Source of the DNA: the human T2T-CHM13v2.0 reference genome, Homo sapiens
Strand: one strand, 5' to 3'
Length of the DNA: 64,000 nucleotides
Assembly (NCBI RefSeq): GCF_009914755.1
Contig: NC_060937.1
Positions 56,766-64,000 of this stretch are shown piece after piece. A program made the position numbers and the translations under genes. Every line of letters starts with the position of its first letter. Positions within the stretch are counted from its first letter, which is position 1. The notes under the pieces are model-generated. The model was given only the letters and a program-made list of their open reading frames with translations. It did no database searches and was not told the origin of the DNA.

Positions 56766-59134
56766 GGACGCCAGAAACTGGGTTTCTCTTTGCCCTGGGA
56801 GCCACTCTGTGTCTTAGTTCATGATGCACCCCAATGCAGAACTTTGTTTTCCTGAATCAAAAAGAATCTTCAAATAAAATGGGGATTTAAAGCATTATTA
56901 TAATTTTAGCCTGCAGGACACATTTGTTTATATCAACACATCATCAAGTATGATTATCTTTCATAAATTTTAGAATCTATTCTAATTTTTCTGAAATATT
57001 AGCAATCCGAAAACAAATCAGACATGTTTGTTTTTCCTTTATCTTCCTTGGCATATCCCTAGTTCATTTAGCATTACTAATAAACTAGCTGTTTTCTTTT
57101 CAAAACAGGACTGTTGGAGGAAAAGAGTAGGTAATGAACACAAGTAGTTCTTCCCAATATGCTGTGCTGGAACTACTGAAACTACTCTCCACTGCCACGT
57201 TGTCCAAGTAAGTTGGCCTCACCTTCTAGAATTATAGGCGCTCATACAATCTTCATAGGATTTGTAAGTCTTAAGAAAAATCTGACACAAGTGACAGATG
57301 TGAAACACGAACAGTCTTTCAGATGGGGACTTAGAAGGCACGTGCAGCTTTCCTTTTCTCTAGAAGCGTGTAATTTATCACCTGAAGCAGTCAATCTTAG
57401 GCCAATAGAAGGTAATAACTATTATCTAATTATCATCATTTATTTTAAAATATCACATATTAAATATTTTTATAATTAAATTCACTCCAAGTAATTTCTG
57501 CCCTTCTTATTTCTCTGAAATCTAACACCCTCATTCTGAGTTGTTGATGTCAGAGGGAGACCCAAGAGGTGGACTGAAAGCAAATTTTATTTCTCTCACT
57601 CCGTGTTTTAATGTTTTCCAAGTTTTCTACAGTGCACATTTAGATTGATAATTTCTTAATTATACCTAATTCCAAAAAAAGAAATTAACATTTTTTATCA
57701 GGTGAGATTTTCATCTTGAGTCATCTTTATATCAATTTGCTTCATTTTAACAAAAATACAGCTAAGAAAAAATATTCATTAATAATAAACTGTTGTTTTA
57801 ATAAACCATTAAAAGTAAAAGTAAGTAAATAATAATAAAAATAAAATAAATTCTATGAATAAACTGAATTTATACACTAAAGTAACTTGGAAGATATTAC
57901 TTTCAGATGTTTAGTTAATAAGGATTAAATCTTAATTTCACAGCAAATGTTGGAAGTTTTAAGAAATATAATAGTTAAGGGCAAATACTAAAATGTCATA
58001 AACACAAACTGCTCACAAATAGGGATGACTTCATGAAAAATGGGATAAATCATAGGGCCTCTGAAAGCTTATAAGGTCATGTAGAAGAGTGAACATACAG
58101 ACTAAATTCTCAGCTTTAGCTGCCGTCTAGGAATGAGTTAGGAAGAGCTTTCAATCACTGTGTCCATTTGTGGGCAAGTGTTTAACTTCGTCCTGAAGCA
58201 TATTTAACGTATGGAACAAGATTATTTTTCTCTTCTATGATTGATCTCTTCTTTTGCTTGGTTCAAAAATATATCACTCTTTTCTGCCAACAAAACCATT
58301 CTTCCAGCAACAGATGTTCTGTCCTAAAGAGAGACTTATGTACCCTGGTATAAATAACAAAGGTGTTAGCTGGAATTAACGGGAGACATTTCCTATTTAT
58401 ACACACACATACACATACACACACATCTTCAGTGATTACTAAGGGAGGGTACAAATTCACTATAAATAAATGTTACATAAACACATGTTTAAGGAACATT
58501 GGAAAGTTTGACTAAGAAAGATAATTTATCTTCAAATTAATGACTGTTTTGTTCACCCCATATAGAGTTTACATGACTGTTACTCACACACAGATTTTAA
58601 GAAATTCATTAATCACCAGCTTTGAACTGAATACCCATTTGGAGAGAGCACATGTGTTTCTGGTAGTGATTTTTATAAACACCAAGATGCCTTAACTCCC
58701 TCCCATGTTTTGGAATCAGTTATTCCTTTCAAAACTCTCCCCTGGAAAGAAAGCCCCAGGGGCCCGCGGCCCTCCCTGCTCCCTGTGCACCAGCCTTGGG
58801 CTGTGCTCAGGATCAGCCTTCCTGGTCCTGCGGACAGCAGGGCACCGGGTCGCATGCAGTGAGGTGTTCTGTGCTCACTCAGCAGCTCAGCCTTTCCCAC
58901 AGCTGCTTTGTGACGCTTCCAGGAGGGTACAGGAAAGCTGAATTGCCAACAGCTGTGAGGCCACTGGCTCTAGAATAATGAATCTCCTATCAATTCCAGA
59001 GTGAGTCCTGGAGACTAGAGATTCTAGGAGCAGGGCGGGGTTCTCTTTCAAACACGTTTTTCAAGCTGTTGGGAGGTAACATATTAGAGCATCGTGAGGA
59101 AAAGAAACAGACAACAAACAAAATCCAAGAGCTC

Positions 59135-59622
<488 letters not shown>

Positions 59623-59746
59623 AGACTTTATTAAGGCCAAATAAGAAACAAAGAGGAGTCTTCATTGAGTCTTTCAGGTATGTTCTGTAACTTAATTTTC
59701 TGACAAACACATGAAATTGACATTATTACTCCCATTTTGCATGTTA

Positions 59747-60019
<273 letters not shown>

Positions 60020-60316
60020 AATCTGAGGCTCAAGAGGCTAACCGAATTGCCAGGCATAAGCCCTTTAACTGGCCCACAGCTGTCTGTAGTAGAGAGCACG
60101 TTGTCTGCAGCCCTTGTTAAATAATGCTTGACGAATGCCCAGAAAAACAACTCCCAGCCTACTAATCGAAATATTCACCAAGGTACTTGTCCATTTATAT
60201 TCCATGTTACTCCCGAATGGACTTGGGGAGGCTGATAAAAATGACAAACAATCACAAATAGTTGAAGAGGAGGAAACGATTTGCAATATTTTAAGATGTC
60301 ACCATCCAGAACTAAA

Positions 60317-60478
60317 TCAATGATTCTTAATATTTTGTGGGTCATGAACACTTGGAGATTCTGATGGAATTATGAATCTTATCTTTAGAAAAATGAACAT
60401 ATCATAACCTTTCATAAATACTCAAAAGTCTAACAGATACCATGCTCATCCTAAGAGTCCGTGATCACTCTTGGCTCT
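60317..60478. mobile_element. MER103C-like hAT-Charlie MITE
   Basis: ttcttaatattttgtgggtcatgaacacttggagattctgatgg...agaaaaatgaacatat. Confidence 0.65.
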
Positions 60479-61714
60479 AAACTCTTTTGGAGTCTTATCA
60501 AGAAAGAAAAGAGAAACTGATAAACAGAAATGTCACTAATGGCATATCTTGTAATTGTGGAAATACAGTAACCGTTCTGGAACTCTGCTACCCTAAGCAA
60601 GCATGGGAAAGGAGGGCATTCATTAGCAGTTGGGAAACAAAGGAGAAAAGTTGTTAAGACATCTGAAACTGGACATCAATTCTGAGTGAGCAAAATTAAC
60701 AGAAATGCATGTGAATATGTGTATGTACAAACAGGTATCTATATCTGCATTTATATTCTACCTGTCTATCAATACATACGTATGTATCTGATTCAAAAGG
60801 AGAAGAATTGGAGGAAATCTCAAATATTTGTTATATGAGGAAGTATGAATACAAAAAGAAACCGTAAACTATATTGTTGGAGGAAGATTGAGGAAGATTT
60901 TTCTCTTTAAAAAAAAGGCATCGAAGAGAGAACAGAAAATAATAAATATGAACAAGAGATTGCATTTCTTATCTTTTCTCCATGATTATTGAGAATGGTG
61001 ACGAAAAACAGAGAGTGAGATGACAATCCAGTATAAAGAAGTCACTGGTGTGAAAAAGGGAATAATGTGCCTGGAGGAGACTTTTGTAAAATTAGAGGAG
61101 TTTGTTCCAAAGCCAGATTATCAGTTGGTGGATGTGTTATAAAGATAATTAAGGACAATTTTAGGGTCCTCATCAATTTTGTATTATTATGATCTGAGAT
61201 TATACTCCTGAAACAGAATTTGTTAACGTCCTGGGTCAACAGACTACAGTCTTTCTAACTTTTAAATAGTCATTCAGACTTACATGGCTTTCAAAACTAG
61301 CCTTTAGGAATATAAAACCTACATAAGACTTTGTTCAATGCATTGTCCCAGAGATATTGGTGAAATCAGTACATAAACTTGAGACTTTGACAATAATTTA
61401 TACATCTTTTAAACAATCTATAGACTTTATTAACATTCTTAATGTTTTCAGGAGTACTGTGAGACCACCAAGTTTTCTATCTTTATATACATTATCTGCC
61501 CCATTATAATAGCCACTTCACACCAGTCATCTATATGTATATAACTGAATTGTATTTAATTCTAAAACACATAGTAACTACTACATATAAAGAAAGCATT
61601 TTATGGAACAATTTTATCAAACTAAAGATTAAAAAGAAAATAAAATAATTGTTTACCAACAGAAGCAAAAATATGCCAAATAAAAATTATCACACATTTA
61701 TTAATATGTTTGCA

Positions 61715-61995
61715 TTGCATTCTCAACTCTAGTTTGTAAGTTCCATTCATGAAAACAGAAAGCACAGCAGTTTTATTTACCTGTTTTTACAGCAGGAGCA
61801 CAGTTCTTACCACACAGCATCAGATGTATAGAATGGATTAATTAAAAACTGAATATAGAGTTTTGCAATATTTATTTACCTAACAAATACTGATTAAGCA
61901 TATACCATATACCAGGTGCAGTTCTAAACCTAAGGTAGAACAGTGACTAAAACAGGCAATCCTTGATCATGTGGAATTTATATTCTAGTAGAAGA
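61715..61995. mobile_element. Tail-to-tail L2 3' ends (+ at about 61715-61845, - at about 61870-61995)
   Basis: ctagtttgtaagttcca...agcacagttctt; then aacaaatactgattaagca...ccaggtgcagttcta...gaacagtgactaaaacagg. Confidence 0.6.
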
Positions 61996-62164
61996 ATTAA
62001 TATACTGGTATTTCTCATCCCTGTGGTATGGGGGGAGAATGCTTATTCCCAAAAGATAGTGATGGAAGATTTCTTAGAATTAAGGACAAGTTGTTAAAAT
62101 TCACTTTTCAATTTTTAATTGAGTCATCTCTATAAGGAAGAGTCATATAATATTGGAATTACAA

Positions 62165-62480
62165 CAGTGCTTTCCAGTCCTTAGGCATTTTGACACATCT
62201 GAAGAACCTGACTTAGGGGCAGGCCCAGCAATCTGTGTTTTAATAAGCCCTCCAGGTGATTCTGATGCACATGAGAATATAAGAATAACAGTTCCAAATC
62301 AATGACACATAAATTTAACCACATCTTAGAATCACCTTGGGGAGATTTTAAAATGCCCATACCTGGGTCTCATGCGCAGACATTCTGATTTAATTAGCCA
62401 AGAGTGGAGCCTGAACATAAGGAATTTTTGAAGTCCCCAGGTGATTCTTCTGTGCATCCATATTTAAAAGCTACTGCTGT
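62165..62480. mobile_element. Two adjacent MER5-family MITEs (MER5A at about 62165-62291, MER5A1/B at about 62299-62480)
   Basis: ggcccagcaatctgtgttttaataagccctccaggtgattctgatgcac; ttagaatcaccttggggag...attctgatttaatt...ccccaggtgattct. Confidence 0.8.
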
Positions 62481-62889
62481 ACAACATCATCAGGATTTGC
62501 TACCTAACTGGTGTGTCTGTCCTTACTATTATTTCCCTGTGAAATTTCACCTATACTTTATCTCCATTCTTATTCATACAATAATGATTCCCTGGTCTAT
62601 AAATCTTCCCCACATTGTAGGGTCTTTATGAGAATGCTTCTACCAGCATGTATTGCAGATACGTCAGGTTGAACACATTCAAAACTAAACATGTCTCCCT
62701 GCAATATGCTCCCTCCCCAGAGGCTGTCTGGGGCACCGTTGGTGAGTTCAGGCTCTGGACAGAGCTGCCTCACTCCTCAGCTCCAGAGACAACGTTCACG
62801 TCACCATCTCTGTGGATGGCACCTCTGGTGCTGGCTGCACTGAGACAATCTGAAGCATGGGGGCTCTGCCCTGTTCTGCTGTGTTTGAA

Positions 62890-63050
62890 CAGTGCAGGAC
62901 AAAGGGGAACTGACTTAAACTCTTGTGCCTCAGTTTCCTCCCCTTTGAAATGGAAATAATAAAACCTACTCCTAGGGTTATGCTGATGATCAAAAGAACT
63001 GATTCATGTGGAACAGCACTGGCATGGAGCAAACAATCAACTGTAAACAG
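62890..63050 (+). mobile_element. MIR SINE
   Basis: tgacttaaactcttgtgcctcagtttcctc...gaaatggaaataataaaacctac. Confidence 0.75.
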
Positions 63051-63209
63051 ATGTGGTGGAAATAGATCAGAGCCATTGTTAAAAGTAAGAAAGTGAAACG
63101 CCCAAGATATTGTCAGGGCAGTAGTTATCACCTCCTTAGACTAATGCTACCACAATTTACAAAAGCCATTGCCTATCCGTTCCTTTTTTTTACTTTCTTT
63201 ATTCATTCA

Positions 63210-63690
63210 ATAATTCCTTTGAGCTCATCTCCCTAATTTTTCTGTATGCATCTTCCCCTCCTTTCTCTTGCCACAGAGATATTTCAGGACTTACGTTTTC
63301 TTCTTTAATTGAAATGGTGGCTTCTGTTCTGATCTATCTATGTCCACCCCATCTGCTTGCAATCTTTCCCTCAGATTGCCAGCAGAGAATCCCTCTTAAG
63401 AGCAAATAACACTCAAAATAAAACACCCATCAGATTCCTTCTTTGACTAAAATACATCCACATCTCCCAGCTGCCTGCAGTTAGAGCCCCATCCTTTATA
63501 AAGCCAGGGTGACCTGTAACCACATGTGACTAATCACACAGGGTCACCATTGTTGTCTTCCTTGTTGGCCTCAGCATTAGATCATTTGCATCTTGAAGAG
63601 AGTGGTTGCATCTCTTTCATCTCTAAAGTCTCAGTGACTGAACAGTGTCTTGTGTACAGAGGTGTTCCGTAAATTCTTGAATGAATGGAA
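63210..63690 (+). mobile_element. Degenerate L2 3' region
   Basis: gcaatctttccctcagattgccagcagag...; ends aacagtgtcttgtgtacagaggtgttccgtaaattcttgaatgaatg. Confidence 0.55.
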
Positions 63691-63787
63691 GAAAAGAAGA
63701 TTCACATGCTGGCTTGCTGGAGGAATGGAGGTATCAATGGATAGAGGGGGTCATGGAGGATGGTGGAGTCATAATACAGTTTAATGT

Positions 63788-64000
63788 GGCCAGGCATCAT
63801 GGTGAATGCCTGTAATTCCAGCATTTGGGGAGGCTGAGGAGGGAGGATCTCTTGAGCCCAGGAGTTCAAGACCAACCTGGGCAACATAGCAAGACCCTGT
63901 CTTTATAAAAAGTACAAAAAATTACATGATGAATGCCTATAGTCCCAACTACTCTGGCGGCTAAAGCATGAGGATTGCTTGAGCCCAGGGAATTCAAGGC
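63788..64000 (+). mobile_element. AluJ (runs off the window end)
   Basis: J-type diagnostics ggaggatctcttgagcccaggagttcaagacc...gggcaacatagcaagacc. Confidence 0.9.

Overview
This is AT-rich primate genomic DNA, most likely hominoid or human (L1PA3, AluY and THE1 elements are present). It is dominated by interspersed repeats: young and old LINE-1 fragments, about 12 Alus, MaLR/ERVL solo LTRs (THE1, MLT1, MLT2), L2, MIR, CR1/L3, hAT MITEs (MER20, MER5, MER63, MER81, MER103) and microsatellites. The only recognisable protein sequences are dead LINE-1 ORF2 remnants. I found no host protein-coding exon, RNA gene or CRISPR array, and no supportable novel multi-gene system. Strand skew and several splice-bounded segments weakly suggest an intron of a minus-strand transcript. 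The features most worth a second look are: a four-level nested transposon stack (5760-8258), an L1 insertion at a palindromic target site, a 62-bp fold-back hairpin in unique DNA (25830-25891), a palindromic GATA/ETS composite site (12196-12216), a CpG-rich E-box cluster (about 3920-4700), and a near-consensus AluY in a close inverted Alu pair (59213-60020). Repeat family calls come from recalled consensus sequences, not from a search. Subfamilies and the boundaries of old elements are approximate.
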